Shown here piece by piece: positions 39,280 to 48,445 of a stretch of 64,000 bases of DNA. The translations under genes and the position numbers were made by a program. Positions within the stretch are counted from its first letter, which is position 1. Each line of letters opens with the position of its first letter. Under the pieces are notes generated by a model. That model worked only from the letters and a program-made list of their open reading frames with translations. It had not been told where the DNA came from and ran no database searches. Source of the DNA: Candidatus Bathyarchaeota archaeon (GTDB lineage Archaea > Thermoproteota > Bathyarchaeia > Bathyarchaeales > DTEX01); contig JAGTQD010000002.1 in NCBI GenBank assembly GCA_018396405.1, forward strand, positions 4,316 through 68,315, written 5' to 3'.

Positions 39280-39921
39280 ATGAATCCAAAATATTTAAGA
39301 CATGGACCTATAAAAATTTTCTTGGATATGGACGAAGACAAGATCACAAGGTCTATGAGGGAGCAGCTAAAGAGGGGCTATCTCAAATTGGCGATCTTGT
39401 ATACGCTTTTAAAGGGCCCCGCACATGGTTATGAAATGCTTAAAAGGATTAAAGAGAACACGTTAGGCTTAATTTCTCCAACAGCTGGTTCCCTCTATCC
39501 GGCTCTAAGGGATCTTGAGGAGAAGGGGTTTATTGAGGGGGAGTGGTGTGGTGGGAGGAGGAGAATGAGAGTTTATAGGATAACTGAGAGGGGTAAAGAG
39601 ACGTTTAAGGAGGTTGTGAAGGGGCATTTTAGTCTCGCCTCAGCAATTAGAAAATGGTTACTTGAACAGCTCGCCCCAATACACTCTATAGAAGGACTCG
39701 ATCTCTCTTCTGGCATCATCCCCCGCGCAATAAAAATGCTATTATTGGATGGGGAGGTATCAGAGAGAGATAAGATTGAATTCTTAAAAGAATTCAGAGA
39801 GTATCTCAAGAAGGCTAGTGGAATTATAAGTAATCTCATAGCAAATGTTGAGAGCAGACTCATGGAGCTAGAGACAAAGGCTGCGAATAAAACGACAACA
39901 CAAGCTGCTGAAGGAAAATAG
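39280..39921 (+). CDS. PadR family transcriptional regulator with extended C-terminal helical domain
   Basis: LKLAILYTLLKGPAHGYEM..GSLYPALRDLEEKGFIEGEW..RVYRITERGKE. Divergent from the ABC operon. A TATA-like GAATATATT lies ~25 nt upstream of ATG 39280. Confidence 0.85.
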   Translation: MNPKYLRHGPIKIFLDMDEDKITRSMREQLKRGYLKLAILYTLLKGPAHGYEMLKRIKENTLGLISPTAGSLYPALRDLEEKGFIEGEWCGGRRRMRVYRITERGKETFKEVVKGHFSLASAIRKWLLEQLAPIHSIEGLDLSSGIIPRAIKMLLLDGEVSERDKIEFLKEFREYLKKASGIISNLIANVESRLMELETKAANKTTTQAAEGK

Positions 39922-39960
39922 TATATTTTTCGCTCAATTTATATTATTACAGGATTAATT

Positions 39961-40917
39961 ATGGAGAGGGAAGCGCTCCAGCCGCTTAGACCAGAGATTA
40001 TTAGAATGTATTATAAGCAGGGCTATAGGCTCGTTGGTAAACATCTCCATAGCGCCGTTAAGATATGCTACTGGACTAAGGAGAGCCTAAGGTCTGGGAG
40101 AGTTTGCTATAAGGAGCTATGGTATCCTCCAGTTCAGAGTCATAGGTGCATGCAAATGACACCATACATTGGATGCAATTGCCACTGCTTACACTGTTGG
40201 AGGGTTCACTCTGGTGATAGGGAGGGGCTCGTCTGGAGGGAGTTTCCATTAAGCCTTGAAGAATTTGATGAGCCAGCTGAGATCATAGAGGAGATGATTA
40301 AAAAGAGGATGGAGTTGCTCTCTGGCTGGAGAGGGAATGAAAGGGTTGATAAGAGGAAGCTTGAGGAGGCTTTAAGGCCAACGATGATGACTATGAGCTT
40401 GACTGGTGAGCCTACGCTATATCCATGGATCTCAGAGCTGACCGAGGAGGCTGGCAAGAGAGGGATGATAACATTCCTTGTCACAAATGGCACTATGCCT
40501 GAGACCTTAGAGAGAATTAATAAACTGCCATATCAGCTGTATATCAGTATCCTCGCTCCAGACAAGAATACATATATAAGGCTCGCCAGGCCTTTAATCA
40601 AGGACGCATGGGAGCGCTTGAATAGAACATTAGAGATCCTCCCAAGCCTTAACACGCGTAGAGTTTTGAGGTTTACGATGATTAAGGGCTTCAATATGAC
40701 GAATATTGGGGGATACGCCAGAATAGCCAAGGTAGCTAAGCCAGATTATATCGAAGTTAAAGCATATGAGTGGGTCGGCCAAAGCCGCGAGAGACTCCCA
40801 AAAGAAGCTATGCCATACATGGAAGATATAGAAGATTTCGCAAAACAGCTAGCAAATCTAACTGGATATGAAATTAAGGGGAAATATAAACCGAGCGGCG
40901 CAATCCTTCTGGCATAA
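39961..40917 (+). CDS. taw1: tRNA 4-demethylwyosine synthase Taw1/TYW1 (radical SAM)
   Basis: HRCMQMTPYIGCNCHCLHCWR (radical-SAM CxxxCxxC in the Taw1 context) and LSLTGEPTLYP. 318 aa. Confidence 0.8.
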   Translation: MEREALQPLRPEIIRMYYKQGYRLVGKHLHSAVKICYWTKESLRSGRVCYKELWYPPVQSHRCMQMTPYIGCNCHCLHCWRVHSGDREGLVWREFPLSLEEFDEPAEIIEEMIKKRMELLSGWRGNERVDKRKLEEALRPTMMTMSLTGEPTLYPWISELTEEAGKRGMITFLVTNGTMPETLERINKLPYQLYISILAPDKNTYIRLARPLIKDAWERLNRTLEILPSLNTRRVLRFTMIKGFNMTNIGGYARIAKVAKPDYIEVKAYEWVGQSRERLPKEAMPYMEDIEDFAKQLANLTGYEIKGKYKPSGAILLA

Positions 40918-41017
40918 TACCGCTCAAAGCATAGTGGAAGCGTAAAGCGTAATAATAGGAAACTAAAACTAATTCTAATTTAGAAAAACAACTCTGTTTT
41001 AATTAAGGTGGGCTGAT

Positions 41018-41296
41018 ATGGTGGGCAAGAAAAAGCTCCAAGAGTATGAGGAGAGGATTAAGCAGGCTTTGGTCATACTCGGTCAAGTTTCAGAGGATAC
41101 TACGACCCCAAGAAACATTAGAAGAACCGCTAAGGAAGCCATGGATATTCTACAATCGACGCAGTATACTCTTGCTGTCAGGGCCTCAAACGCGATATCC
41201 GTTATAGATGAGATTCTGCAAGACCCTAATATGCCGCCGTATACTAGAGTGAAGCTCTGGAATGTCATGAGCTTACTGGAGGGGATAAAAGATTAG
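41018..41296 (+). CDS. UPF0147-family small archaeal protein
   Basis: 92 aa with TTPRNIRRTAKEA and QDPNMPPYTRVKLWNVMSLLE, as I recall them for UPF0147. Not verifiable here. Confidence 0.55.
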   Translation: MVGKKKLQEYEERIKQALVILGQVSEDTTTPRNIRRTAKEAMDILQSTQYTLAVRASNAISVIDEILQDPNMPPYTRVKLWNVMSLLEGIKD

Positions 41297-41323
41297 CGCT
41301 AAAACCCTTGGAGCTGATTTTTG

Positions 41324-42379
41324 ATGGCGAAGCGCGAAGCTATGCTCTATGAAAGGATTGGGAACAATAAGGTTAGATGTAACCTCTGCGCCCGTAGATG
41401 TAATGTGCCTGAGGGAGGCTTTGGCTTCTGCAATGTTAGGAAAAATGAGGGAGGGGTTCTTTATTCACTTAATTATGCTAAGGCATGCGCCGCAAACGTA
41501 GACCCGATTGGAAAGAAACCCCTCTCACATTTTCATCCAGGCGCACTAGTGATGTCCATAGCTACTGTGGGGTGTAATTTTAGATGTCAATTCTGTGATA
41601 ATTGGACTATAAGCCAAGAGAGGGATATAATTGGCAGGGATTTCCCACCAGAGGAGGTTGTTAATGCATCTATTGAGCATGGCTGTCATGGTATAAGTTA
41701 TACGTATACCGAGCCAACAATTTTCTTTGAATATGCATATGATACGGCTGTGCTAGCTCACAAGCATGGACTATTCAACACCTTTGTTACAAATGGTTAT
41801 ATGACTCCTGAAGCCATCGAGAAGATTGCACCATACCTGGATGCTGCAACAGTTGACTTTAAGGGTGGAGGTGATCCAGAATTTTATAGGAAGTATTCTA
41901 TGGTACCCTCGGTCGAGCCGATATTCGAGTCCCTGAAGGAGATGAAGCGGCATAATATACATATTGAGGTAACAAACCTCGTTATACCGAAGATTGGGGA
42001 TTCCCTTGAGAGAATAAAGGATCTTGCCACGTGGATTAGAAATAATCTTGGTGAGGATACACCAATCCATTTACTGCGCTTCCACCCAGATTATAAAATG
42101 ACTGATATACCATCAACAGAGATAAGAACCCTTGAAAAGGCTTATGAGGCTGCTAAAGACGCTGGATTAAATTATGTCTATCTAGGTAATGTTCCAGGGC
42201 ACAGGTATGAGAATACTTATTGTCCAAACTGTAATGAACTAGTAATAAAAAGGTTTGGATTTGAAATAACGAAATGGAATTTAACAGAAGACATGCGGTG
42301 CCCAAAGTGCGGTAAACAGATATCCATAAAAGGAAAGTTCCATAGGAGCGGTCTCTCTTTCCCATATTCTATAATATAA
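41324..42379 (+). CDS. AmmeMemoRadiSam-system-type radical SAM enzyme
   Basis: VRCNLCARRCNVPEGGFGFCNVRKN, VDPIGKKPLSHFHPG and GCNFRCQFCDNWTISQ, plus a C-terminal CPNC..CPKCG. Confidence 0.8.
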   Translation: MAKREAMLYERIGNNKVRCNLCARRCNVPEGGFGFCNVRKNEGGVLYSLNYAKACAANVDPIGKKPLSHFHPGALVMSIATVGCNFRCQFCDNWTISQERDIIGRDFPPEEVVNASIEHGCHGISYTYTEPTIFFEYAYDTAVLAHKHGLFNTFVTNGYMTPEAIEKIAPYLDAATVDFKGGGDPEFYRKYSMVPSVEPIFESLKEMKRHNIHIEVTNLVIPKIGDSLERIKDLATWIRNNLGEDTPIHLLRFHPDYKMTDIPSTEIRTLEKAYEAAKDAGLNYVYLGNVPGHRYENTYCPNCNELVIKRFGFEITKWNLTEDMRCPKCGKQISIKGKFHRSGLSFPYSII

Positions 42380-42425
42380 TTATCCTCGAGAAAATGCTGT
42401 AAGTGGCGGCTTTCCCCATCATAAA

Positions 42426-42731
42426 TCATGTTCTGCGCCCCCATTGGTACCGATGGCTTATATCTAGCACCATTATCTCAATAATTAATGAAGAAAGAAG
42501 CAATATTGTCAATATAACTGCTGCAGATATCTCAACGATTTTCCTCAGAATCTCTTTCTTTATACGTCTTTCAGCCATAATTATTATGCCAGCCAAAGCA
42601 TGTAAGTATGCTAAGGAAACCGTTAAAATTCTTAAAAGCCTATCTACATGGATCCTTCTGGGCTCTGGAATTATTTTTACTTCTGGAGCTAGCATCTGGT
42701 ATCCGCTGAATAAATATATTGAGGACAGCAC
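42426..42731 (-). CDS. Possible small 2-3 TM membrane protein (uncertain; it overlaps a competing plus-strand ORF)
   Basis: GTG start. Its composition (E/K/R/I/L with two hydrophobic helices) is more protein-like than that of the S/T/I-rich plus-strand ORF 42403-42819. The frame opens right after the nitroreductase stop. Confidence 0.25.
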   Translation of the reverse strand: MLSSIYLFSGYQMLAPEVKIIPEPRRIHVDRLLRILTVSLAYLHALAGIIIMAERRIKKEILRKIVEISAAVILTILLLSSLIIEIMVLDISHRYQWGRRT

Positions 42732-42808
42732 TATTAAGGGTATTGAGGATAGCTCGACGATTAGTACGGATAGCTTTAGCAGGGTGGGATCTCTTAACCA
42801 TCCTTATA

Positions 42809-43627
42809 TTACCTCTTAGATAGAATATACTCCCAAATGTCTTCAAAGGATATTTTAGGTGGACTCCTCGGGATGCCTATAGGAATGATATACATGGGCT
42901 TCTCTTCTGGTTTAGCATCAATAATTTTAGATACACTTTCGTCGTGAAAAGCTCCGACAACTACAGCACCATATTTAAGAGCCGTAGCAATGAGATAAAT
43001 GTTCTGTCCCACATGCCCAACCTCCATTGGGACATATCTAGTTCTACCCCTCTCCCCATAAATTACTGTTGTCCTCTCAAAGACTGCACAAATAATAATG
43101 TTTAGTGGCGCCTCGCCAACCCAGCTCTGGCCCAAGGCTGCCTTCATCAGCTCCCTTCTATAATCGCCTCTCTTAACCAGCAGTAGGGTATGGCTGTCCG
43201 GGTCATATTTGTAAATCCCTTCACAAAGGAAGACTTCATTAGATCTCACGCCTTTATAGCCTATTGCAGCATATATTTCTAGGGGGTATGTTGCGCCAGC
43301 GCTGGGCGCTGCCCTGAGACCACGCTTAGGCTCAGTTATGCCATATGCAGCCCACAAGATCATCGCTAAGTCATTTAGGTTTACGGGATCATCAGTATAC
43401 TCTCTAATGCTCCTCCTTAAAAGTATCGCCTCCTCAACAGTTAATTCGCTGACCTTTCTTGGTAATGGTAGAAGAATCTTCTCATCAGATATTACCTGCG
43501 TATCCACGCTAATTTGGCGCTCAGTTAAAGTGATGGGGGCAATAATATATGTGACTATGATGTATGCGGCAGTGGATGTAATTAAAATTAGTGAGAGCGT
43601 CCAAACTAATTTCTGCAACTTGAACAA
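42809..43627 (-). CDS. SagB-type nitroreductase-family dehydrogenase with N-terminal membrane anchor
   Basis: N-terminal TM LVWTLSLILITSTAAYIIVTYII, then LRRSIREY, RAAPSAGATYPLEIY and YKYDPDSHTL (SagB/ThcOx-type pattern). Confidence 0.7.
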   Translation of the reverse strand: MFKLQKLVWTLSLILITSTAAYIIVTYIIAPITLTERQISVDTQVISDEKILLPLPRKVSELTVEEAILLRRSIREYTDDPVNLNDLAMILWAAYGITEPKRGLRAAPSAGATYPLEIYAAIGYKGVRSNEVFLCEGIYKYDPDSHTLLLVKRGDYRRELMKAALGQSWVGEAPLNIIICAVFERTTVIYGERGRTRYVPMEVGHVGQNIYLIATALKYGAVVVGAFHDESVSKIIDAKPEEKPMYIIPIGIPRSPPKISFEDIWEYILSKR

Positions 43628-43718
43628 TAAATAGGCCTCCCAATCTTCTAAAAACTTTCCCTAAATCAACTATAAATACTTAAATAATATCCTAAACCTT
43701 TTTTCTTTTTGAGAAAAA

Positions 43719-44810
43719 ATGTGGTACATTTTTAGGAGAGATGCCCTGGAAGTCCTCCATGATAAGAAGGCTAGGGCTAGCTTAGCGAGATATTTTGCTG
43801 TGATGGGTGATGAGAAGCCAGCGAAATTTATGATTGCAAAGAGACTTCCAGCAAAATTCGATGAGAACGAGCCCCTTAAGGACTTATGGATCAAGCATGA
43901 GAGGTTAACTGAAGACTTCTATAGGATTCAAAACGAGATAGATTCCGGGAAGATGGATCTAGAGGATATGGAGACCCCAGAGAAATCATACTTAGACCTT
44001 AAGATTACTATAGCAGGTAAGATTCTAGAGCACTGTCACCTCTGCAATAGACGATGTGGAGTGAACAGGCTAAGAGGCGAGCTGGGCTATTGTAGGTGTG
44101 GTACACAAATAACGGTTTCCTCAATATTTGAGCATTTAGGCGAGGAGCCTGAGCTAGTTCCCTCAGGAACAATATTTACTATGGGCTGCACAATCCGGTG
44201 CCTCCACTGCCAAAATTGGACGATATCCCAGTGGTTTGAGAGCGGGGAAGTATATACTCCTGAGCGGCTAGCCTTAGCTGTCGAGCGGCTGCGTAAGAGC
44301 GGCTGTAGGAATGCTAATCTCGTTGGTGGTGAGCCAACCCCATGGCTTGCGCAGTGGCTTGAGACTTTTAGGCACGTGAACGTAAATATTCCTGTAGTAT
44401 GGAACTCAAACTCATATTATAGCGAGGAGACAGCGAGACTCCTAGCTGGTTTTGTCGACATATATTTATTAGATTTTAAGTATGGCCCCTTTGATTGCGC
44501 AAAGAGGATCTCTGACGCCCCAAGCTATTGGGAGGTGTGCACTAGAAATCATCTTTATGGGAAAAGGTATGGCGAGCTAATTATAAGGGTTCTTGTCTTA
44601 CCAAACCACCTTGAGTGCTGCACAAAATATATTCTTAATTGGATTGCAGAGAATCTTGGGAGGGATACGAGGACTAACGTTATGTTCCAGTATAGGCCGG
44701 AGTGGAGGGCCTATGAGGTGCCGGAGCTAAGTAGGCGATTGAATGCTAAGGAGATGGAAAGGGCAATAGAGTTAGCCAGAGAGGCCGGGTTAACAAACTT
44801 TATAACGTGA
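43719..44810 (+). CDS. PflX-like radical SAM protein (pyruvate formate-lyase activase homolog, function unknown)
   Basis: CHLCNRRCGVNRLRGELGYCRCG and GCTIRCLHCQNWTISQ. Confidence 0.75.
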   Translation: MWYIFRRDALEVLHDKKARASLARYFAVMGDEKPAKFMIAKRLPAKFDENEPLKDLWIKHERLTEDFYRIQNEIDSGKMDLEDMETPEKSYLDLKITIAGKILEHCHLCNRRCGVNRLRGELGYCRCGTQITVSSIFEHLGEEPELVPSGTIFTMGCTIRCLHCQNWTISQWFESGEVYTPERLALAVERLRKSGCRNANLVGGEPTPWLAQWLETFRHVNVNIPVVWNSNSYYSEETARLLAGFVDIYLLDFKYGPFDCAKRISDAPSYWEVCTRNHLYGKRYGELIIRVLVLPNHLECCTKYILNWIAENLGRDTRTNVMFQYRPEWRAYEVPELSRRLNAKEMERAIELAREAGLTNFIT

Positions 44811-44812
44811 AT

Positions 44813-45772
44813 TTACTTTAGAATCCCTACCAGTCTATATTTGTTTAAATCTAATTCCTTCTCAACCATCCAGGAATAATCTAGGTCAACCGATGTTATC
44901 TCATCACCTTGTATGCCAACCATTCTCTTCCTCTCCCCAGTAAGCAGTAGTTCAACCGCCCTATAACCAAAATGGCTCGCAAGTATGCGGCTCTTAGCCG
45001 TCGGAGATCCACCCCTCTGAATATGCCCAAGAACGGTTAATCTCACCTCCTGCCCAGTCTTCTGAGCAATATAGTTTGCCACATACCGACTGTCTCCAGC
45101 ACCCTCAGCCATAACAACTATTGATGAAATCTTCCCAGCCCTTCTATCCTCCACGATTACTTTACAAACCTCATCTAGATCCACCTTAACCTCGGGTATT
45201 AAGACAACCTCTGCCCCGCCAGCTAAACCGACCTCTAGGGCTATGAAGCCCCTCTTCCTCCCCATAACCTCGATAACAAATGTCCTCTCATGGGACGTTG
45301 CAGTATCCCTTATCTTATCTATCGCGCTTACCGCAATATTCACTGCGGTATCGAAACCAATTGTCTCATCAGTTCCGGCGACATCGTTATCGATTGTTGC
45401 TGGCACCCCAATTATTGGTATTCCACTAGCCCTATAAAGCCTACTTGCACCCCTGAAGGTTCCATCTCCTCCAATTGCCACTAAACCCTCAATCCCAATG
45501 CTCTTCATGAACTCGGCGGCCCGCTGTATGCCCTCATCAGTTTTAATCTCCTCGCAACGGACGGATCTAAGTATTGTTCCACCGAGATTTATTATTCCCC
45601 CGACAGAGCGCCTATCTAGTATACGGTACCTACCCTCAATTAGACCTGCATAGCCCCTTTCAATGCCTATAACCTCTAACCCATGATATATTGCTGAGCG
45701 AACAACAGCCCTTATGGCAGCATTCATTCCAGGAGCGTCTCCACCAGCTGTTATAACGCCTATCCTTTTCAT
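44813..45772 (-). CDS. pfkA: PfkA-family 6-phosphofructokinase (ATP-type residues)
   Basis: GGDAPGMNAAIR, IGGDGTFRGA, GVPATIDNDV, MGRKRGF and GHIQRGG. The likely start is MKRIGVITAGG at 45772 rather than the track Met at 45814. Confidence 0.85.
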   Translation of the reverse strand: MKRIGVITAGGDAPGMNAAIRAVVRSAIYHGLEVIGIERGYAGLIEGRYRILDRRSVGGIINLGGTILRSVRCEEIKTDEGIQRAAEFMKSIGIEGLVAIGGDGTFRGASRLYRASGIPIIGVPATIDNDVAGTDETIGFDTAVNIAVSAIDKIRDTATSHERTFVIEVMGRKRGFIALEVGLAGGAEVVLIPEVKVDLDEVCKVIVEDRRAGKISSIVVMAEGAGDSRYVANYIAQKTGQEVRLTVLGHIQRGGSPTAKSRILASHFGYRAVELLLTGERKRMVGIQGDEITSVDLDYSWMVEKELDLNKYRLVGILK

Positions 45773-45851
45773 TTTATACACCATCTGAGCTAAAATAAGG
45801 GCTATTCCAAACACTTAAACTAAACGCTAAATGATAAAAAAGAGGGAGGGG

Positions 45852-47447
45852 CTATTTTATAAAAGCCTTAATTACTCTTGCAATTATTGGCGCCTTAATC
45901 TTCAGTCGCCCACTCCTATAATCCATAATCATCGACTTTAAATCATAGCCGTATTCCTTCCTACATATGTCCATATATTTTGAAGCTTCTCTAATCCCAT
46001 AGGATACAATCATCTTTAACCCACTCTTAATAAGAGAGCTCTTTATACTCATCTCGCACCACTCCTCAAATATATTATTTATCCACATGAAGTTATGCTC
46101 CCAGCACTTGAATATCAGCTCCGCATGTCTCGGTGTTACATCCTCAAGCTTAAACGACTTTGACTTCTCCTTTAACCCGCCCATAGACACAAAGAATAGT
46201 GGGACAATTATGCTCTTAAATGGGCGCAGCTTCTCGATAAGATCAATCGTTTGCTCAACATCTTTTTCCTCCTCGCCGGGCAGTCCGAGAATTATCGTCC
46301 CGCATGGAACCCAATTATTCTCATTCAATACCTCAAAAGACCTCAAAACGACATCCGGCCAATCTTCAGGAGCAAACGGCTTACACTTCCCCTTCATATG
46401 CTTTTCAACAAGCCTTGGGCTGCCGGTTTCGATTCCGGTTTGCCCACTAATCCATCGATTGCTACTAAGGTTCAATAGGCTAGATAACTCTTCAATCAGG
46501 TCTGGTGCGCTTAAGACAGATGCTAGGGCGAAGTGGCTTATTCCAATCCTCTCGACGCCCGGATAACCCTTAACGCTCCTGAAGAGCTCGATAACAGCCT
46601 CCCTGTTTATTTCCAGACCCCTAGCACGATACCTTAATATATCCTCCGCGTGAAGCAGCGGTTGTCTACCAGCCTTAATGTTAACCTCAACCTCCTTTAA
46701 AATATGCTCAATCGGCCTGCACCTGAAGCGCTGGAGTGTTGGGACACAAAAGTCGCATCCACGCCCACACCCTCTTGCAATCTCGACTATGCCATCTATG
46801 GTCGCCCCCCTAATTATTGGAATCTCCTCAGTCTCGACAACCTCACCATAGACAACCCCAGGCAGATCTTCACCACGGATTGCCTTCTCAAAGAGCGGGC
46901 CAGCAACCTTCTCGCCCTCACCGATAACAACCGTGTCTATGCCAAGCTCCCTCCTAATGCTTTCATCCTCAAGCTGCCATGCACCTGCCCCGCCAACAAT
47001 TATCCTTGGCTTAAATCTTTTGACCGCTGGGTGATTAAGGATTTCGCGGAATTTTATCGCCATATAGGCTTCTCCACCAAAGATTTCTGTAAAGGTTGTT
47101 GTCGCTGGGCCGATGCCTAATGGGTCATTCTCCGTTATCCCGAGGACTTTCGTGTTTGACCCAATGACTTTATCTAGGTGCTCTGGGTGGGCGACTATGA
47201 CCTCCTCCCTCTTAAAGCCATAATCCAGCAGGGCTGCCTCTATCTTTCTAGTTCCATAGGGTGCTACGGCGGCTGAACCATCAGGATTAACCTTAACTGG
47301 CGGGCAGAATATTCTAAAATAAACTCTGTCGGGAACTAGACCCTTCGGGACACATGCACTAAACCCCAAAAACATCGCCCCGCCGTATTCGCTCATCAGG
47401 GTTCTATCAGCAGTTAAGACAATTGGATAGCCCATAGGCCCGCCCAT
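45852..47447 (-). CDS. Radical SAM protein with N-terminal Rossmann/B12-binding-like domain
   Basis: ARGCGRGCDFC cluster motif preceded by a ~230-aa alpha/beta domain. The likely start is at 47447 or 47435 (MGGPMGYPIVLTADRTLMS), which avoids overlap with the divergent map gene. Confidence 0.7.
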   Translation of the reverse strand: MGGPMGYPIVLTADRTLMSEYGGAMFLGFSACVPKGLVPDRVYFRIFCPPVKVNPDGSAAVAPYGTRKIEAALLDYGFKREEVIVAHPEHLDKVIGSNTKVLGITENDPLGIGPATTTFTEIFGGEAYMAIKFREILNHPAVKRFKPRIIVGGAGAWQLEDESIRRELGIDTVVIGEGEKVAGPLFEKAIRGEDLPGVVYGEVVETEEIPIIRGATIDGIVEIARGCGRGCDFCVPTLQRFRCRPIEHILKEVEVNIKAGRQPLLHAEDILRYRARGLEINREAVIELFRSVKGYPGVERIGISHFALASVLSAPDLIEELSSLLNLSSNRWISGQTGIETGSPRLVEKHMKGKCKPFAPEDWPDVVLRSFEVLNENNWVPCGTIILGLPGEEEKDVEQTIDLIEKLRPFKSIIVPLFFVSMGGLKEKSKSFKLEDVTPRHAELIFKCWEHNFMWINNIFEEWCEMSIKSSLIKSGLKMIVSYGIREASKYMDICRKEYGYDLKSMIMDYRSGRLKIKAPIIARVIKAFIK

Positions 47448-47539
47448 AATATAATTAATATTGTAGGTAAAGTATAAAAGATTAAAGTGATCTAGTGACG
47501 GATGGGGGGTTGCTGATAAGTTTCTCCTCTCATAGTTCA

Positions 47540-48445
47540 TTGTCCGATGATGTACTTGAGAAATATATTCGTGCTGGTAGGATAGCTGCTAAAGTTAGGG
47601 AGAAGATAAAAGAAGTTGTTGAAGAGGGTATGCCGCTTATAGAGATCTGCGAAGCCGCTGAGGGCATGATCAGAGAGCTTGGCGGTGAACCAGCCTTTCC
47701 ATGTAACGTATCCGTAAATGAGGTTGCCGCTCACTACACATCGCCCCCAAATGACAAACGCATTATACCTGAAGGCTCCCTAGTAAAGGTTGACATAGGG
47801 GTCCATATAGATGGCTATATCGCTGATACAGCTACGACAATATGCTTCAACCCGGAGTATGAAAATATTGTTTATGCTGCTGAGAAAGCTCTTGAGAGCG
47901 CTATAAAGGTTATGCGGCCAGGAGTAATGATCTCTAAAGTTAGTTCTGAGATACAAGCAGCGATCGAACAGTATGGATTTAAGCCAATATACAACTTGTG
48001 TGGCCATGAGGTTGGTCGCTACCAAATCCACGCCGGAAAATCGATACCAAATGTATCGCATTTCTCCATTGAACGTATACGTCTTGGAGGGGTATATGCG
48101 ATAGAGCCATTCGTTACATTAAGGAACGCTGCCGGGAAAGTTGAGGAGGGCTTCGAGAAGCATATTTTTAGGCTTGTGAAAACGAAAGGTTCCTTAAAGA
48201 ATGCGGAGGCGAAAAATCTTCTTAGGGTAATTGAGGGAAACTTTAAGACACTACCCTTCGCTGAAAGGTGGCTGAGCAAGATTTATGGGAATAACGAAGT
48301 TTATAAGAGGGCACTTTCAGAGCTCTTATCCTCTAAGCATATAATGGCTTACCCTGTTTTTATTGAGGTAAGCAGAAAACCTGTTGCCCAAGCTGAACAT
48401 ACAGTATATGTGGGCGAGAAAGATATTTTAGTGCTAACTGCCTAA
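47540..48445 (+). CDS. map: Methionine aminopeptidase, type 2 (archaeal)
   Basis: VAAHYTSPPND, VKVDIGVHIDGYIADTA, GHEVGRYQIHAG and AQAEHTV. I propose the TTG start at 47540 (MSDDVLEKYIRAG), giving ~301 aa. Confidence 0.9.
   Translation: MSDDVLEKYIRAGRIAAKVREKIKEVVEEGMPLIEICEAAEGMIRELGGEPAFPCNVSVNEVAAHYTSPPNDKRIIPEGSLVKVDIGVHIDGYIADTATTICFNPEYENIVYAAEKALESAIKVMRPGVMISKVSSEIQAAIEQYGFKPIYNLCGHEVGRYQIHAGKSIPNVSHFSIERIRLGGVYAIEPFVTLRNAAGKVEEGFEKHIFRLVKTKGSLKNAEAKNLLRVIEGNFKTLPFAERWLSKIYGNNEVYKRALSELLSSKHIMAYPVFIEVSRKPVAQAEHTVYVGEKDILVLTA

Noticed and set aside
42403-42819. 138-aa plus-strand ORF between the convergent radical SAM and nitroreductase genes
   Set aside because: It has a GTG start and an S/T/I-rich composition, and it overlaps the nitroreductase 3' end. 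The competing minus-strand frame looks more protein-like. Neither is confidently real; this is kept as a finding rather than a call.
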